From an uncultured cyanobacterium (GTDB lineage Bacteria; Cyanobacteriota; Cyanobacteriia; Cyanobacteriales; Cyanobacteriaceae), in the NCBI GenBank assembly GCA_963710605.1, contig CAVQBA010000007.1, positions 32,001 to 96,000 on the forward strand: 64,000 nt of DNA. Reading direction: 5' to 3'. Position 1 is the first letter of the stretch. Every line of letters starts with the position of its first letter. A program made the translations under genes and the position numbers. The notes below the pieces were generated by a model that did no database searches, was not told the DNA's origin, and was given only the letters and a program-made list of their open reading frames with translations. Of the stretch, positions 20,353-33,145 are shown piece after piece.

Positions 20353-23300
20353 TTGGCAATTTCTGTATTTTCAATCTTATTTATGTCAGAAAAACAACCT
20401 AGTGATGACTCTTTTATTGATCAGCAAAAAGAAATTTTTTTTGTTGTCGGCATTGGTGCTTCGGCGGGAGGATTACCTGCAATTGAAGAGTTTTTTAGAC
20501 ATATGCCGATCGATACAAACGCCGTATTCGTATTGATTCAACATTTATCACCAGACTTTAAAAGTTTGATGAAAGAGCTTTTACAAAGACATACTCGGAT
20601 GAATATATATCGAGTGGTAGATGCAATGGAATTAAAACCTAACTCAGTTTATTTGATACCACCGGGGAAAAATTTGGTATTGAATAATCAACGACTTCAT
20701 GTATTAGAAAAAAAAGCAAAAAATCATTATGGGCTTAACTTTCCCATCGATATCTTTTTTGATTCACTAGCCCAAAACTATCACGATCGAGCTATAGCCG
20801 TAATTTTATCAGGTACTGGTAGTGATGGCACTAAAGGTGTACGCTCAATCAACAAAAATGGTGGTTTTGTAATGGTACAAACTCCAGAAACTGCCAAATT
20901 TGATGGAATGCCCCGAACAGCTATTGGTACGGGAGTTGTCGATCAAGTCTTACCACCACAAGACTTAGCACAAGTTATTGCTCAAGTTGTTAAATCTACG
21001 CCTCTTACATCTCAACAAAATCAAGAGCAAACTAATATCATTGATGATCATGATTTGCAACGTATTGTTAAAATATTAGCTCAAGATAATCTAACTGATT
21101 TTTCTCAATACAAAACTAATATTCTTTCTCGTCGTATTCAACGTCGATTTTTAATTAGTGGTTGTCTTAGTATCGATGAGTTTATCTTCAAGTTAGAAAA
21201 TTATCCCAGACAAAGAGCAACTCTTCGTCATGATTTGTTGATTAGTGTAACTCAGTTTTTCCGTAATCCTCAAGCATGGAATTTTTTAAAGCAAACTGTT
21301 ATTGGGCAATTGATTGCTCAAAACGAACCAGAAACAGATATACGTTGCTGGGTAACAGCTTGTGCGACAGGAGAAGAAGCCTATTCTTTAGCGATGTTAT
21401 TAGATGAAGCAATTAATAAATCAGGTAAATCGATCAAATTTAAAATTTTTGCAACTGATATTGATAAATTAGCTTTAGAAAAAGCCACTCAAGGTATTTA
21501 TTCTTCCATGGCTAGTAATAATATCAGTAATCAACTTTTAGAGCGTTATTTTATTCGTAAAGATAACTCGTTACAAGTAATTCGTCAATTAAGAGAAAAA
21601 ATATTATTTGCTAATCATGACTTGACTAAAGATGCTAGTTTTAGACGAATGAATTTTATTAGTTGTCGTAATGTTTTAATTTATTTGCAACCACAATTAC
21701 AACAACAAATATTAAAAAACTTACATTTTTCTTTAACTAATCAAGGTATTCTGTTTTTAGGAGAAGCAGAAACTTTAGGTTCGATTAAATCTGAATTTGA
21801 TACTCTTAATCTAAAAAGAAAATTTTATCAAAAACGAAAAAATGTTGTCTTAAAAACACCCGTTCAAAATTCGGTATCACATCTTCTTCAACCTGCGTCT
21901 TTTTCTGCCAGTAAGCAAAAAGAAGAAAGGAAAGTTGAAATTATCTTGAATAAAGCTTTTAATACTTTTTTAGCTAAATACAATGCTATTTGTTTTTTAG
22001 TCAATCGAGAACATAAACTTTTTCATACTTTTAATAACGCTTCTAAGGTGCTTAAATTACCTAAAGGCAAAACCACAAATGAGATTACTCAATTAGTTAT
22101 ACCTAGTTTACAACTACCATTAACAACTGCTTTACATCGAGCTTATATAGAAAAAGAAACAGTTTCTTATACAGGGATAAAATCAACCTTATTAGAAGAA
22201 GATTCAATTAAACAAAACACTCAGCTAAAACTTGAGGTAACTTATAACCAAACTAGTCAAGTGAGTGATGATTTTTATACCATCATTATTCAAGAAGAAG
22301 AATTACTCCAACATACATCAGCAGAAGTATTTGATTTTGATGGCGAGTCTTCTTGCCAAATTGTCGGATTAAAGTATGAGTTACAACAAACTCGTCAAAA
22401 TTTGCAAACTGTAATCCAAGAATTAGAAGTTACGAATGAAGAGCAACAAACTACAAATGAAGAATTAATCGCCTCTAACGAAGAATTACAAAGTACGAAT
22501 GAAGAACTTCATTCTGTTAACGAAGAGCTTTATACTGTTAATGCAGAGTATCAATCAAAAATTGAAGAGTTAACCCAATTAAATAACGATGTTGATAATC
22601 TTTTGCGTAGTGCAGATGTCGGAGTTGTCTTTTTAGATAAAAACTTAAAAATACGTAAATTTACACCTCCGGCAACTTTAGTAATTAATCTAGTTGAAAC
22701 GGATATCGATCGACCTTTAGAACATATTACCAACAATCTTGATTGTGATAATTTACTGGAATTGCTCAAACAAGTTATTGATAGCCAAAAAGTCTTAGAA
22801 AAAGAAGTTAGACAAGTCAAAAAAGATTTTTATCTCTTGATGCGAATTAATCCTTATCTTCTAGAAGATGGTAGTTTAGACGGTATCGTGATTACTTTTA
22901 CAGATATAGATGAGTTGAAAAGAATTCAGCAACAAATTTATCATGTAAATCAAGACTTACAAAAATCACAAACCCAATTACGTCACTTAAATCAAGATTT
23001 AGAATATAGAGTACAAGAGCGTACTGATGCCCTACAAAAATCAGAAACTAGATTAAGAGCGATTTTACGAACGACATCTTCAATGATTAGTCTTAAAGAT
23101 ATTAATGGTAATTATTTGTTAGTTAATCAACAGTATTCTAAATTATTAGGAATTAAACTAGAAGAAATTTTAGGTAAAGGTACAAACGATCTTTTTCCTC
23201 AAAACATTGCTGATATTTTAATCAATAACGATCGACAAGTATTACAAAGTAAACAAGTACTTCAATTTGAAGAGCAGATTATTTTACCTGATGGTAATAT

Positions 23301-25431
23301 TCGTACCTATATCGCTACTAAAGCACCGTTAATTGATGAGCAAGGGGAAGTATATGCTATTTGTAGTATTTCTACCGATATCAGCCAGCAAAAGCAAACT
23401 GAAGTAGAATTAAGGCAAAGTAACGATCGTGAGCGAACAATTTTACAAGTAGTCGAAACTATCCGTCAAAGTCTTAATTTAGAAGATATTTTTCAAGCTA
23501 CAACTGATAAATTAAGAGAAACCTTAAAATGCGATCGAATTATTGTTTATCGTTTTAACTCCGATTTGACAAGTAACTGCGTTGCCGAATCACTTATCGA
23601 TGGTTGCGTTAGTCTTTTAGGTAAAACACTGGAAAATTATGGACAAGCTAATCAATTAGAAAAAAATCAAGATAATAATGATTATAGCTATAAAGCTTTC
23701 ACGATCGAAGATATCCACCAAGCACATTTAAATATTGCTCAGCAACAAATGTATCAACAAATGGATGTCAGAGCCTTATGTGTTGTTCCTGTCTTACAAG
23801 GAGAATATTTATGGGGTTTATTAGGTGCATATCAAAACCAAAATCCTCGTGAATGGAAAGCAGGAGAAATCCGTTTACTTACCCAAAGTGGAATACAATT
23901 AGGTATCTCCATCGCTCAAGTAGATTTATTTACTCAAATTCAAAATCAATCCTTACAACTACAACAAGCTAAAGAAGCCGCCGAAGCCGCTAATCAAGCT
24001 AAAAGTTCATTCATAGCCAATACAAGTCATGAATTAAGAACACCTTTAAACGCTATTTTAGGGTTTGCTCAAATACTTAAAAGACAACCATTAAACCAGA
24101 ATAATTGGCAACATGGGATTAATATAATTCAACAATCAGGACAACATTTACTGACTCTGATTAACGATATTTTATATATTGCCAAAATTGAAGCAGGTAA
24201 ACTAGATTTAGAATTACGAGACTTTATGTTTATTCCTTTTCTTAAAAACGTTGTCTCAATTATCACTTTACCATCTGAGCAAAAACAAGTCGAATTTGAA
24301 TATCAAATTATTTCTGATTTACCAACTGTCATCAAAGGTGATGAAACTCGTCTGCGTCAACTTTTATTGAATTTACTCAGTAATGCAGTCAAATTCACCA
24401 TCAAAGGAAAAGTCAAATTTACAGTTGGTTATCTAGATGATTTTGACGATTTTGTGGTTAAAAAACAAAGCCAGAATAAACAAATTCGTTTTCAAATAGA
24501 AGATACAGGCATTGGTATTCCGCAAAATAATCTACAAGATATTTTCACCCCTTTTTATCAGTTAGAATTTAGTCACTCAGGTAAGCAAGGCACGGGGTTA
24601 GGATTAACTATTAGTCAAAATTTAGCAAGGCAAATGGGTAGTGAGATAAAAGTGAAGAGTGTGGTTGATGAAGGTAGTAGTTTTTGGTTTGATGTCGATT
24701 TTGCAACAGGGGATAATGATTTACCTTTATTTGTCTCTAATGAATCTAATTTAGATATTGTTGGTTATAAAGGGCAGAAACGATCGATTTTGGTTGTTGA
24801 TGATATTGAGAGTAACCGACAAATACTGGTCAATTTTTTAGTTTCTTTGGGTTTCGAGATTGTTGAAGTTGATTCTGGTGCAGATGCTATCAAGCAAATT
24901 GAGCTACATAAAATAGATTTGATTTTGTTAGATTTAGTTATGCCAGAAATGAATGGTTGGCAAGTAACTAGACATTTAAGACAAAAATCTCAATTTAGTG
25001 ATTTACCCATTGTTATTGTTTCGGCTAGCACTGCTTCTGAGGATGAATCACACTGTTATCAAGTTGGGGCAAATGAGTTTTTACCTAAACCGTTAAGTTT
25101 TGAAGATTTATTAAGAATTATAGAAAAATATTTACAAATAGAATGGATTGATGATGATGAGCAAATTCGATCGCTTTTGAATCCTGTATTACTACCTTCT
25201 AGGAATAATCTACCTGATTCTTTAGTAATACCTTCTTCAGAAAAATTAACTAATCTACTATTGCTTGTTCAAAGAGGAGATATACGTAGTTTGTTATCAA
25301 CAGTAAATAATTGGAAAACTCAACAACCTGAATTAATTATATTTGCCGAACAAATCATCGAGTTAGCTGAAACTTGTCAACTAAAAAAACTTAAACAATT
25401 AATCAAACAACATATAAGTAGCTTTACCTAA
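20353..25431 (+). CDS. CheB-CheR fused hybrid sensor histidine kinase (CheB, CheR, coiled coil, PAS x2, GAF, HisKA, HATPase, REC)
   Basis: GASAGG/QH/GSDG CheB triad; CATGEEAYS and CRNVLIY Che[12 protein letters not shown] repeats; [33 protein letters not shown] receiver. Start probably ATG 20383. Confidence 0.92.
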   Translation: MAISVFSILFMSEKQPSDDSFIDQQKEIFFVVGIGASAGGLPAIEEFFRHMPIDTNAVFVLIQHLSPDFKSLMKELLQRHTRMNIYRVVDAMELKPNSVYLIPPGKNLVLNNQRLHVLEKKAKNHYGLNFPIDIFFDSLAQNYHDRAIAVILSGTGSDGTKGVRSINKNGGFVMVQTPETAKFDGMPRTAIGTGVVDQVLPPQDLAQVIAQVVKSTPLTSQQNQEQTNIIDDHDLQRIVKILAQDNLTDFSQYKTNILSRRIQRRFLISGCLSIDEFIFKLENYPRQRATLRHDLLISVTQFFRNPQAWNFLKQTVIGQLIAQNEPETDIRCWVTACATGEEAYSLAMLLDEAINKSGKSIKFKIFATDIDKLALEKATQGIYSSMASNNISNQLLERYFIRKDNSLQVIRQLREKILFANHDLTKDASFRRMNFISCRNVLIYLQPQLQQQILKNLHFSLTNQGILFLGEAETLGSIKSEFDTLNLKRKFYQKRKNVVLKTPVQNSVSHLLQPASFSASKQKEERKVEIILNKAFNTFLAKYNAICFLVNREHKLFHTFNNASKVLKLPKGKTTNEITQLVIPSLQLPLTTALHRAYIEKETVSYTGIKSTLLEEDSIKQNTQLKLEVTYNQTSQVSDDFYTIIIQEEELLQHTSAEVFDFDGESSCQIVGLKYELQQTRQNLQTVIQELEVTNEEQQTTNEELIASNEELQSTNEELHSVNEELYTVNAEYQSKIEELTQLNNDVDNLLRSADVGVVFLDKNLKIRKFTPPATLVINLVETDIDRPLEHITNNLDCDNLLELLKQVIDSQKVLEKEVRQVKKDFYLLMRINPYLLEDGSLDGIVITFTDIDELKRIQQQIYHVNQDLQKSQTQLRHLNQDLEYRVQERTDALQKSETRLRAILRTTSSMISLKDINGNYLLVNQQYSKLLGIKLEEILGKGTNDLFPQNIADILINNDRQVLQSKQVLQFEEQIILPDGNIRTYIATKAPLIDEQGEVYAICSISTDISQQKQTEVELRQSNDRERTILQVVETIRQSLNLEDIFQATTDKLRETLKCDRIIVYRFNSDLTSNCVAESLIDGCVSLLGKTLENYGQANQLEKNQDNNDYSYKAFTIEDIHQAHLNIAQQQMYQQMDVRALCVVPVLQGEYLWGLLGAYQNQNPREWKAGEIRLLTQSGIQLGISIAQVDLFTQIQNQSLQLQQAKEAAEAANQAKSSFIANTSHELRTPLNAILGFAQILKRQPLNQNNWQHGINIIQQSGQHLLTLINDILYIAKIEAGKLDLELRDFMFIPFLKNVVSIITLPSEQKQVEFEYQIISDLPTVIKGDETRLRQLLLNLLSNAVKFTIKGKVKFTVGYLDDFDDFVVKKQSQNKQIRFQIEDTGIGIPQNNLQDIFTPFYQLEFSHSGKQGTGLGLTISQNLARQMGSEIKVKSVVDEGSSFWFDVDFATGDNDLPLFVSNESNLDIVGYKGQKRSILVVDDIESNRQILVNFLVSLGFEIVEVDSGADAIKQIELHKIDLILLDLVMPEMNGWQVTRHLRQKSQFSDLPIVIVSASTASEDESHCYQVGANEFLPKPLSFEDLLRIIEKYLQIEWIDDDEQIRSLLNPVLLPSRNNLPDSLVIPSSEKLTNLLLLVQRGDIRSLLSTVNNWKTQQPELIIFAEQIIELAETCQLKKLKQLIKQHISSFT

Positions 25432-25746
25432 ATAAAAGAAAGTTTGTAGTTTGTAGTTACGCCTAAATGGGGTTTAAAAAACTATTAAGATAAGGGCTTA
25501 AGCGATGGCGGCTACGAAGTTAAGCTTTTTAAGGAAAACAAGTCAATCTAAATGTCCACTCCTAACTTGTTTAAGTAGGTGATAAATTCAAAAAAACTAA
25601 ATAGACAACATTAAGTTACAATACTAAGCACTATTAAATAATCAACTGAAAATATTTGTAGTAATCATGGTTTGATCAAAATCAAGAGGTAATTTTACTC
25701 CTGTTTGATTCATCAAAAACTCTGATTTAGATTTAGATTTAGTTTA

Positions 25747-27531
25747 TTGATGTTAATTAAGCTGATGGTAAATAAACCGATAAATAATTCTCTAAATAAT
25801 AATGATGAAGATGACCAAAATCATCATCCGAGTCAATTGTCAGCATCAGATCAAAGTATAGCAACTCAATTTGATTCGCAACTACCTGAAGATATTGAGC
25901 AACATCCAGGGCAAGCGACAATTTTGATTGTTGATGATACGCCAAATAATTTACATATTTTATTCTCTTATTTAGAAACAGAAGGTTTTAAGGTTTTATT
26001 AACAGAAGATGGCGAAAGTGCATTACAAATAGCCCTTGAGCAAATACCTGATTTGATTTTGTTAGATATTTTGATGCCTGAGATGGATGGTTTTGAAACC
26101 TGTATTCGTCTTAAGTCTCAATCTTCTACTGAGGATATCCCGATTATTTTTCTTACCGCTCTTTCTGATACTACTAATAAAGTGCGTGGATTTGAATTAG
26201 GAGGTGTTGATTATATCACTAAACCCCTTGAACAAAAAGAGGTTTTAGCTCGAATTCAAACTCATCTTAAATTACAAAAAATGCGTTGGCTTTTAGCAAG
26301 GCAAAATAAAGAATTACAACAAAGATTAGAGTTTGAAAAGTTAAGTCATAAAATTATTGATAAAATTCGTGATTCTTTTGCCGAAAATCTTTTACTTCAA
26401 ACCGCTACTGAAGAATTAAGACAACTTTTTGATTTGAATAGTTGTTTGATTGAACTTTATGATTTAGATAATAACATCGCCACGATTGTTTATGAATCGA
26501 AAATTACTTTATCTTCTTCTCAAGGAGAAACCAAAAATATAGCCAAAGAAATTGATTCTGGTGCATTATTATCAACTCAATCTTCAATTAAATTAGTCAC
26601 CAAAATATCTCAATCAAATCAAGTTCAAATAGATGAGTATTGCTTGAGTTGCCCTATTTTTGACCAAAACGGTATAATTGGTAATATCTTACTTTTTCGA
26701 CCCGTTACAGAAGTATTTAAACCCCTAGAAATACAATTTGTTAAACAAATAACAGCTCAATGTGCGATTGCTATTCGTCAGGCAAGACTTTATCAAATAG
26801 CTAATCATCAAGTTGAAGAATTAGCTAAACTAAATCAACTTAAAAATGATTTTCTTAAAACTATTTCTCATGAACTTAAAACACCAATTGCCAATGTTAA
26901 ACTAGCAACCCAAACGATGGAGAAACTGTTTGCCACCCAAGAAAATAGACAACATTCTGTTGTGTTTAATCGGATATTAGAAATTTTCCAAAAATCATGT
27001 GTACGCCAGAATGAGTTGATTGATGACTTACTCACTGTCTGCTATATTAACGCTCAAGAAAAAACAGTCAATGAGCAATTAATTAATTTACATTTTTGGG
27101 TAAAAGAAACAGTTAAACCATATTGGCAATTAGCAGGGCAACATCAGCAAAAACTGATTCTCAATTTACCAGAAGAAGAACTATACATTCGTACTGACCC
27201 TTTGATTTTGAAACGTATTTTGGGTGAGTTATTACAAAATGCTTTTAAATATACACCTAAAAACCAGATGATTACGATCGAGATTTCAGTTGATGATTTG
27301 TATTTTTATTTATCTGTTTCTAACACGGGTGTTGAAATTGCTTTACAAGAACAAAAATTAATTTTCGATCAATTTTACCGTATTCCTAATAACGATCCTT
27401 GGCAATACGGAGGTACTGGTTTAGGGCTTAATTTAGCGATTAAGTTAGCTGAAATAATCAACGCATCTTTAGAAGTTGAAAGTAATAGTCAAAAAACAAT
27501 GTTTTGTCTTCGATTTAAAAAAACAAAGTAG
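25747..27531 (+). CDS. Hybrid sensor kinase (REC-GAF-HisKA-HATPase)
   Basis: ILIVDD...LLDILMP...KP receiver; GAF; SHELKTP; NAFKYT; GTGLGL. Confidence 0.9.
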   Translation: MMLIKLMVNKPINNSLNNNDEDDQNHHPSQLSASDQSIATQFDSQLPEDIEQHPGQATILIVDDTPNNLHILFSYLETEGFKVLLTEDGESALQIALEQIPDLILLDILMPEMDGFETCIRLKSQSSTEDIPIIFLTALSDTTNKVRGFELGGVDYITKPLEQKEVLARIQTHLKLQKMRWLLARQNKELQQRLEFEKLSHKIIDKIRDSFAENLLLQTATEELRQLFDLNSCLIELYDLDNNIATIVYESKITLSSSQGETKNIAKEIDSGALLSTQSSIKLVTKISQSNQVQIDEYCLSCPIFDQNGIIGNILLFRPVTEVFKPLEIQFVKQITAQCAIAIRQARLYQIANHQVEELAKLNQLKNDFLKTISHELKTPIANVKLATQTMEKLFATQENRQHSVVFNRILEIFQKSCVRQNELIDDLLTVCYINAQEKTVNEQLINLHFWVKETVKPYWQLAGQHQQKLILNLPEEELYIRTDPLILKRILGELLQNAFKYTPKNQMITIEISVDDLYFYLSVSNTGVEIALQEQKLIFDQFYRIPNNDPWQYGGTGLGLNLAIKLAEIINASLEVESNSQKTMFCLRFKKTK

Positions 27532-27589
27532 TAATAATTGAGCAATTAAATTTTGATCAACTAATACCAACTCAGGAATTATTTTAAGT

Positions 27590-28261
27590 TTATTCTTTTA
27601 AAACATATCCAACTCCTCTAACTGTTTGGATAATTCTTTTTTCTTTATTAGATTCTAATTTTAATCTTAAGTAACGCACATATACTTCGATAATATTTGA
27701 GTCACCACCAAAATCATAACCCCATACTCTTTCTAAAATTTGATCTCTGGTTAATACTTGACGAGGATGAGAAATCAGATACTCCATTAAATCATATTCA
27801 GTTGCGGTTAATTCGATTAAACGATCGCCTCTTTTTACTTCACGAGTACGACGATTTAAAGATAAATCAATGAAATTTGATTCGTCTGGATCTTCTTCAT
27901 TATTACGACGTAAATGAGCACGAAGTCGAGCTAATAATTCTTCAATACTAAAAGGTTTAACAATATAATCATCAGCACCAGCATCTAAGCCGGCGACTCG
28001 ATTGCTAATTTCGTCTTTAGCAGTTAAAAGTATAATTGGTACTTTACTACCAGAAGTGCGTAAACGACGACAAACTTCTAAACCTGATATTTGAGGTAAC
28101 ATCCAATCAAGTAAAATCAAGTCAGGAGAGCCTTCACGAGCGTCTGTTAAACCACTCATTCCATCATAGGCAACAGCAACATCATAACCTTCATATTGTA
28201 ATTCTAGCTCTAAAAATTTAGCTAATTTTTGTTCATCTTCGACTACTAAAATTTTATTCAT
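27590..28261 (-). CDS. OmpR-family response regulator
   Basis: [24 protein letters not shown], winged helix IEVYVRYLR...TVRGVGY. Confidence 0.95.
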   Translation of the reverse strand: MNKILVVEDEQKLAKFLELELQYEGYDVAVAYDGMSGLTDAREGSPDLILLDWMLPQISGLEVCRRLRTSGSKVPIILLTAKDEISNRVAGLDAGADDYIVKPFSIEELLARLRAHLRRNNEEDPDESNFIDLSLNRRTREVKRGDRLIELTATEYDLMEYLISHPRQVLTRDQILERVWGYDFGGDSNIIEVYVRYLRLKLESNKEKRIIQTVRGVGYVLKE

Positions 28262-28451
28262 AACTTTTGTTTGATTAAATCAATATTTCAAATACTAAAA
28301 AATTGAAAACAATGAGAAGGATAATTAAGGTGATAGGTTCAACTAACACTAAGTAGATTATTTACTAACTAATCAAGCAGATTGCTAATCATCAATTAAT
28401 CTTACAATTTTTAGAGATAAATTGAGGAATAAAAGTCATGATTGTTGATAA

Positions 28452-30056
28452 TTACATATTTTTCTGACTCATTACTCTTGAATTGATGCCGTGCCAAGCG
28501 ATTGCATATTTTTGCTGAGGAAAATTAACTTGATTTTTAAATCTAACCCTGATTGTATATTGCTCAGTAGCTGGTATTTTACAGAAAATATGTTCAACAC
28601 TATCAACTCGACTAACAGAGCGACAAATAGTTTTTGATTGATCATTAGTATTAATTAATTCTAAATCAAGATTATTCAAACCTCGATCGATAAATTTTTC
28701 TCCCAAATCAAATTGCTGATTATTATTACTATCATTCAAATCCACTACACGATCCCAAACTAAAGTAATAGCGACAAAACTATCTTCTAGTAAAGGTTTT
28801 TCTAAAACATAATCATGATAATTATTAACCTCAACATCAGTATAATTCCATCCTTGAACAGGAACTAAACTATGCTGACTCCATTGCCCCGAAACTAGCT
28901 GTTGATAAGCTCTCATCCCATTAAGATGTCCCGCCCCCATTTGCCAGTCTAAAGGGATCTGAGAATCGAAATAAGCAAGGCTAGAAAGCCAATTGAGATT
29001 ACGTTGACTCAGCACATTACGAGTCATGCCTAATAAATTACCATCACCAGTATCTTTTAATTTATCAGCCGAATTAAATAGAATCGCTTTCATCACTTCA
29101 TGTTGACGATAATTACTATTCCATTGTGATTTTTTTTGAGCTAAAAGCTGATTACCAGCTTCTTGTAACAAAGCGACGGTTGCGGTGACGTGAGGTGCGG
29201 CAAAACTACTACCTGTAACTGTTTCAATTCGACCTTTGAGATTATAAACTTCTATTTTATGCCCCGGTGCGAGTAAACCCACACTACTACGATTACGAGA
29301 ATTAATCTCATTTTCAATAAAAACTTTACCAATACCAATAGGAGGAAGACTAAGGTTAGCAAAATCAACTTTACGAAAAACACCGTCTTTGAGACGACTA
29401 TAAGCTGTGGTGATACCGTTATAGTTATCCGTTGGGATTGGTATTCCGCCTCTACCTTGATTTCCTGCCACTACATACAATACATTATGGACTCTTGCTG
29501 ACCAATCTAGACATTGAGTTAATAAAGCATTTCCGTCTAAAAGAGGATTTACTCGATCGTCTCTGGCTAAAGATTCACCAAAACTAAGATTGATTGCTCT
29601 AACCGTACCACTATTTTGTAAAGCTATATTTTGACTTGTTAAGCATTCCTCTGGTTGTTTAGCTGTTTTTAATGAACCGATCGCACCTACATATAAATCA
29701 GCTAAAGGGGCAACACCACGCCATTTTTTTTGATTACTAATCATCACTCCTGAAACCATATGAGCATGATTATCAATATGGGTATTAGCCACAGGAAGTT
29801 GGTTACGATAAAACAGTCTTTTAATCGGCAGTTTTTTGTGTAATGGTGGTAATTTATCAACTGCAAATTTTTTTGGTCTGCCTACTTCAATTTGACCAAT
29901 ACTTACTTTACGCCCTTGCAAATTATAAGGCGGTTGTTGCAATCTTAGTACATCAATTCCGTTTTCGCCAACCGAATCATCTAAAGCAGAAGCAGAAGTA
30001 CAGACACCAAGACAACTAACAAAACTGATTATCACCCACCAAAAACTAGATTTCAT
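28452..30056 (-). CDS. Secreted S8 subtilase-like protease (Glu in place of the catalytic Asp)
   Basis: Signal peptide; IGQIEVG, DNHAHMV, AGNQG, GSSFAAPHV; C-terminal beta-sandwich. Confidence 0.8.
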   Translation of the reverse strand: MKSSFWWVIISFVSCLGVCTSASALDDSVGENGIDVLRLQQPPYNLQGRKVSIGQIEVGRPKKFAVDKLPPLHKKLPIKRLFYRNQLPVANTHIDNHAHMVSGVMISNQKKWRGVAPLADLYVGAIGSLKTAKQPEECLTSQNIALQNSGTVRAINLSFGESLARDDRVNPLLDGNALLTQCLDWSARVHNVLYVVAGNQGRGGIPIPTDNYNGITTAYSRLKDGVFRKVDFANLSLPPIGIGKVFIENEINSRNRSSVGLLAPGHKIEVYNLKGRIETVTGSSFAAPHVTATVALLQEAGNQLLAQKKSQWNSNYRQHEVMKAILFNSADKLKDTGDGNLLGMTRNVLSQRNLNWLSSLAYFDSQIPLDWQMGAGHLNGMRAYQQLVSGQWSQHSLVPVQGWNYTDVEVNNYHDYVLEKPLLEDSFVAITLVWDRVVDLNDSNNNQQFDLGEKFIDRGLNNLDLELINTNDQSKTICRSVSRVDSVEHIFCKIPATEQYTIRVRFKNQVNFPQQKYAIAWHGINSRVMSQKNM

Positions 30057-30216
30057 GATTCGTTATTTATTATTAATTACTGAAATGTTAAGTTTAATAC
30101 CCACCCTGTAATAAATTACACGGCTAACAGATATCGTTTAATAAATTAAACTCAGATTTACATCTCAAAATAACAATTAATTCTCCTTTGAATGATTGCT
30201 CCCTTGCGGGAATTAA

Positions 30217-30265
30217 TCTCCATTCTCCATTCTCAACTCTCCATTCTCAACTCTCCATTCTCAAT
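30217..30265. repeat. STRR heptamer array (CTCCATT/CTCAACT)
   Basis: About 7 degenerate tandem heptamers ending at the stop codon of the copper chaperone gene. Confidence 0.8.
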
Positions 30266-30458
30266 TACTGATTTCATGTCCTGCATCAATAATTACTTCT
30301 TTAATCTCAGTTTCGCTTTTTTGCGACTCAACATCAACTATTTTGTTAGCTACATCAATATTAACTTGAGCTTGAGAGTCAAGATTGCGAATTGCATTAG
30401 TAATGGTTTTCGCACAGACTTCACAAGCAATACTAGGAACGTTTAAAGTTGTTTTCAT
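30261..30458 (-). CDS. Heavy-metal-associated (HMA) copper chaperone, Atx1/CopZ-like
   Basis: MKTTLNVPSIACEVCAKTI...AGH; ATG at 30458. Confidence 0.88.
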   Translation of the reverse strand: MKTTLNVPSIACEVCAKTITNAIRNLDSQAQVNIDVANKIVDVESQKSETEIKEVIIDAGHEISN

Positions 30459-30651
30459 AATTAATTTAGAGATTAATCGCAACGAATAAAGAATCAGAAA
30501 ATTAAGCTCACAGTATAACAGAAAAACACGATCGATTAATACTTAATCTTGATCAATCATTAATTTTCTTTCCCTTTTTGTGATCGAAGCAAAACTTTAA
30601 CCGTTACAATATATGAAAAATTATCCTTACCAATTTTTATAAATATAGACG

Positions 30652-31425
30652 ATGACAACTAAGCCTAAAGATAAACCTGTAATTGAACAAGAAGAGGAGG
30701 ATTTCGATTATTGGAATCAACTTCCCAATGATAGTCAAATGTCATTTTTTGATCATTTAGAAGAATTACGTACCCGTATATTTGTCAGTTTAATTGCGGT
30801 GTTTATTGGGGCAATTGCTTGTTTTGCTTTTGTTAGACCAATTGTGGCTATTTTAGAAGTACCCGCTCAAGGAGTTAGATTTTTACAACTTGCACCGGGA
30901 GAATTTTTCTTTGTTTCGATTCAAGTCGCAGGATATACAGGTATTTTACTTGCTAGTCCAGTAATTCTATATCAAATTGTTCAATTTATCGTACCGGGTT
31001 TGACTCGTAGTGAAAGAAAAGTACTTGCACCTGTGGTTTTTGGTTCGAGTATTTTGTTTTTTGCTGGTTTAGCTTTTGCTTATTATCTTTTGATTCCTGC
31101 GGCACTGAACTTTTTTATTAGTTATGGTGGTGATGTAGTCGAACAGTCTTGGTCGATCGATAAATATTTTAAATTCGTTTTATTGTTATTATTCTCTACA
31201 GGATTAACTTTCCAGATACCTGTAATTCAATTGTTGTTAGGTACTTTAAATTTGGTTTCTTCTGAGCAAATGATTTCTGGTTGGCGTACAGTTGTTTTAG
31301 GTTCAGTTATTTTAGGTGCGGTAGTAACCCCTTCAACCGATCCTTTAACCCAATCTCTTCTTGGTGGAGCGGTACTTTTTCTCTATTTTGGCGGGATTGC
31401 AATGGTTAAATTAACAGGGAAATAA
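30652..31425 (+). CDS. tatC: Twin-arginine translocase subunit TatC
   Basis: [30 protein letters not shown]. Confidence 0.97.
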   Translation: MTTKPKDKPVIEQEEEDFDYWNQLPNDSQMSFFDHLEELRTRIFVSLIAVFIGAIACFAFVRPIVAILEVPAQGVRFLQLAPGEFFFVSIQVAGYTGILLASPVILYQIVQFIVPGLTRSERKVLAPVVFGSSILFFAGLAFAYYLLIPAALNFFISYGGDVVEQSWSIDKYFKFVLLLLFSTGLTFQIPVIQLLLGTLNLVSSEQMISGWRTVVLGSVILGAVVTPSTDPLTQSLLGGAVLFLYFGGIAMVKLTGK

Positions 31426-31633
31426 TGGTAAAGATTAAGAGTTCGGTTTTAGGTTTTGGCTCAATTCTTACCTTTTGTTAAGCGTAAAAATTCGATATCT
31501 TGGTTAGTATTTTACTGCTTCTGTCCGCAACTATTAATTATTAATTATTAACTTCTGCACTTGCCTGTGGAAGTATCATCGATCGTTATATATAATTTAA
31601 GAAAAAAGAAAGTAATTTCTCAACAGCAGACTC

Positions 31634-32923
31634 ATGGGAATATTTAATTGGTCATCTAGAAAAAACACAACAAATCAACCAACAAATCAATCAAAATCAA
31701 AGAGAAGTATTGACCAGCAATTAGAAGAATGGGAAAAAGAAATAAAAGCTAATCAAACTAATTACAGTAATCAAAAAACATCTGCCACCACCACAAATTC
31801 TTCTTTATCTGGTGTAAAAGTATGGGTAAGCAGACTGACAATTGCTAGCTTATTCGTCGGTATTCCTTTAGGTTTATTATGGATTACTAATTTACCTTAT
31901 CCTGCTATTCGTCGTCCTGTTTATAATAGATTTCCTTTATTGTTATTACCAAGCCAAATTTATATTGATAATAATTACAAACAATCTGTGCGTTTTGTTG
32001 CTAAAGGGCGACAGTTGGTTGAGGGGGCAACTAGTTTAGAAGATATTTTACTGGCACAAGAAGAGTTACAAAAAGCTCAAGAATATTTAGACGGTATTCC
32101 TTTTATGCCTTTAGCTGAATTAAACGAAAAGGGTTATAGATATAGTTCTGGTCGATTGCATCTTAGTTTTTCTCATTTTGATTTACAACGTTTAAGAGCT
32201 GATGTTGGTGAATTAGACGCTAAAATTTTTCAAGAAAATAATGCTCATGCTTTATTAAATCAAGCACAATTAGCGATTGAAACTGCTGAGAAGAAGTATC
32301 AACAAAGTAGCACTGAAGCAGAAAAACAAACTGCTATTAAAGGTTGGAAAAATGCAATGAACGAGTTAAGAAAAGTTCCACCCTCAACTTTAGCCAGTCA
32401 AAATGCACAAAATCAATATACTCTCGCTCAAGAAAAATTTGCTGGTGAATTAGGTGATTTATTTGTTGATGAACAATTACAAACTTATATTACTATAGCT
32501 GAAGAATTTGCTAATCAAGCAATAATTTTAGCTGATAATCCTCCTCATAGTAATGCTAAATGGCAAGAAGTAGAAAAGTTTTGGCAAATGTCGATTGATG
32601 AATTAAATTCTGTACCTAAAGACAATTTATTAGCATATCAAAAAAGTAGGCAATTAGCGGCACAATACAAAGCGAATTTAGCTCAGATTCGATTAAAAAA
32701 AGACGCTCAAGCAAATTCAGCGATTGCTTTTAACTCCGCTCAACAAAAAATAGCTAATTTGCAACAACAGAATAAATCTAATAGTTCAAACGTTGAACAA
32801 ACAATATCGCAACTACAAGATATTATTAATGAACTAAATAAAGTAGAATCAGGAACTAGTTTCTATCAAGAAAGTCAAGATTTAAAATCATTTGCTAATC
32901 AGAAAATAGCTCAATTACGATAA
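31634..32923 (+). CDS. Hypothetical membrane-anchored helical protein
   Basis: One TM, NLPYPAIRRPV...PLLLLPS motif, long helical repeats. Confidence 0.7.
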   Translation: MGIFNWSSRKNTTNQPTNQSKSKRSIDQQLEEWEKEIKANQTNYSNQKTSATTTNSSLSGVKVWVSRLTIASLFVGIPLGLLWITNLPYPAIRRPVYNRFPLLLLPSQIYIDNNYKQSVRFVAKGRQLVEGATSLEDILLAQEELQKAQEYLDGIPFMPLAELNEKGYRYSSGRLHLSFSHFDLQRLRADVGELDAKIFQENNAHALLNQAQLAIETAEKKYQQSSTEAEKQTAIKGWKNAMNELRKVPPSTLASQNAQNQYTLAQEKFAGELGDLFVDEQLQTYITIAEEFANQAIILADNPPHSNAKWQEVEKFWQMSIDELNSVPKDNLLAYQKSRQLAAQYKANLAQIRLKKDAQANSAIAFNSAQQKIANLQQQNKSNSSNVEQTISQLQDIINELNKVESGTSFYQESQDLKSFANQKIAQLR

Positions 32924-32927
32924 TAAC

Positions 32928-33013
32928 GATTGTGATAAATAATAATGCTTGTTCTTAATTATTTATCACGATCATTTTTAACCCTCAATTATTTAATTGG
33001 GGCTTATTTTTTT
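32928..33013 (+). terminator. Two hairpins downstream of the 31634 gene, the second a likely terminator
   Basis: GATTGTGATAAATAAT...ATTATTTATCACGATC inverted repeat, then CCCTCAATT-ATTT-AATTGGGG followed by a T-run. Confidence 0.55.
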
Positions 33014-33098
33014 TGGCTACTAAGTTCAAACAATTGTCAATGGTTTAAACCATATATTAAGATTCGGTAACACAAGTTGTCGTTTATTTAGCAAAAAA

Positions 33099-33112
33099 GT
33101 AATAATTGATAC
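33099..33112 (+). promoter_or_regulatory. Putative NtcA box in a repressor position upstream of the DUF4278 gene
   Basis: GTAATAATTGATAC(A), 33 nt before the ATG and overlapping AT-rich -10-like sequence. Confidence 0.45.
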
Positions 33113-33145
33113 AGAAAGCGAAATAAATTAAGAGTATTAACAAAG

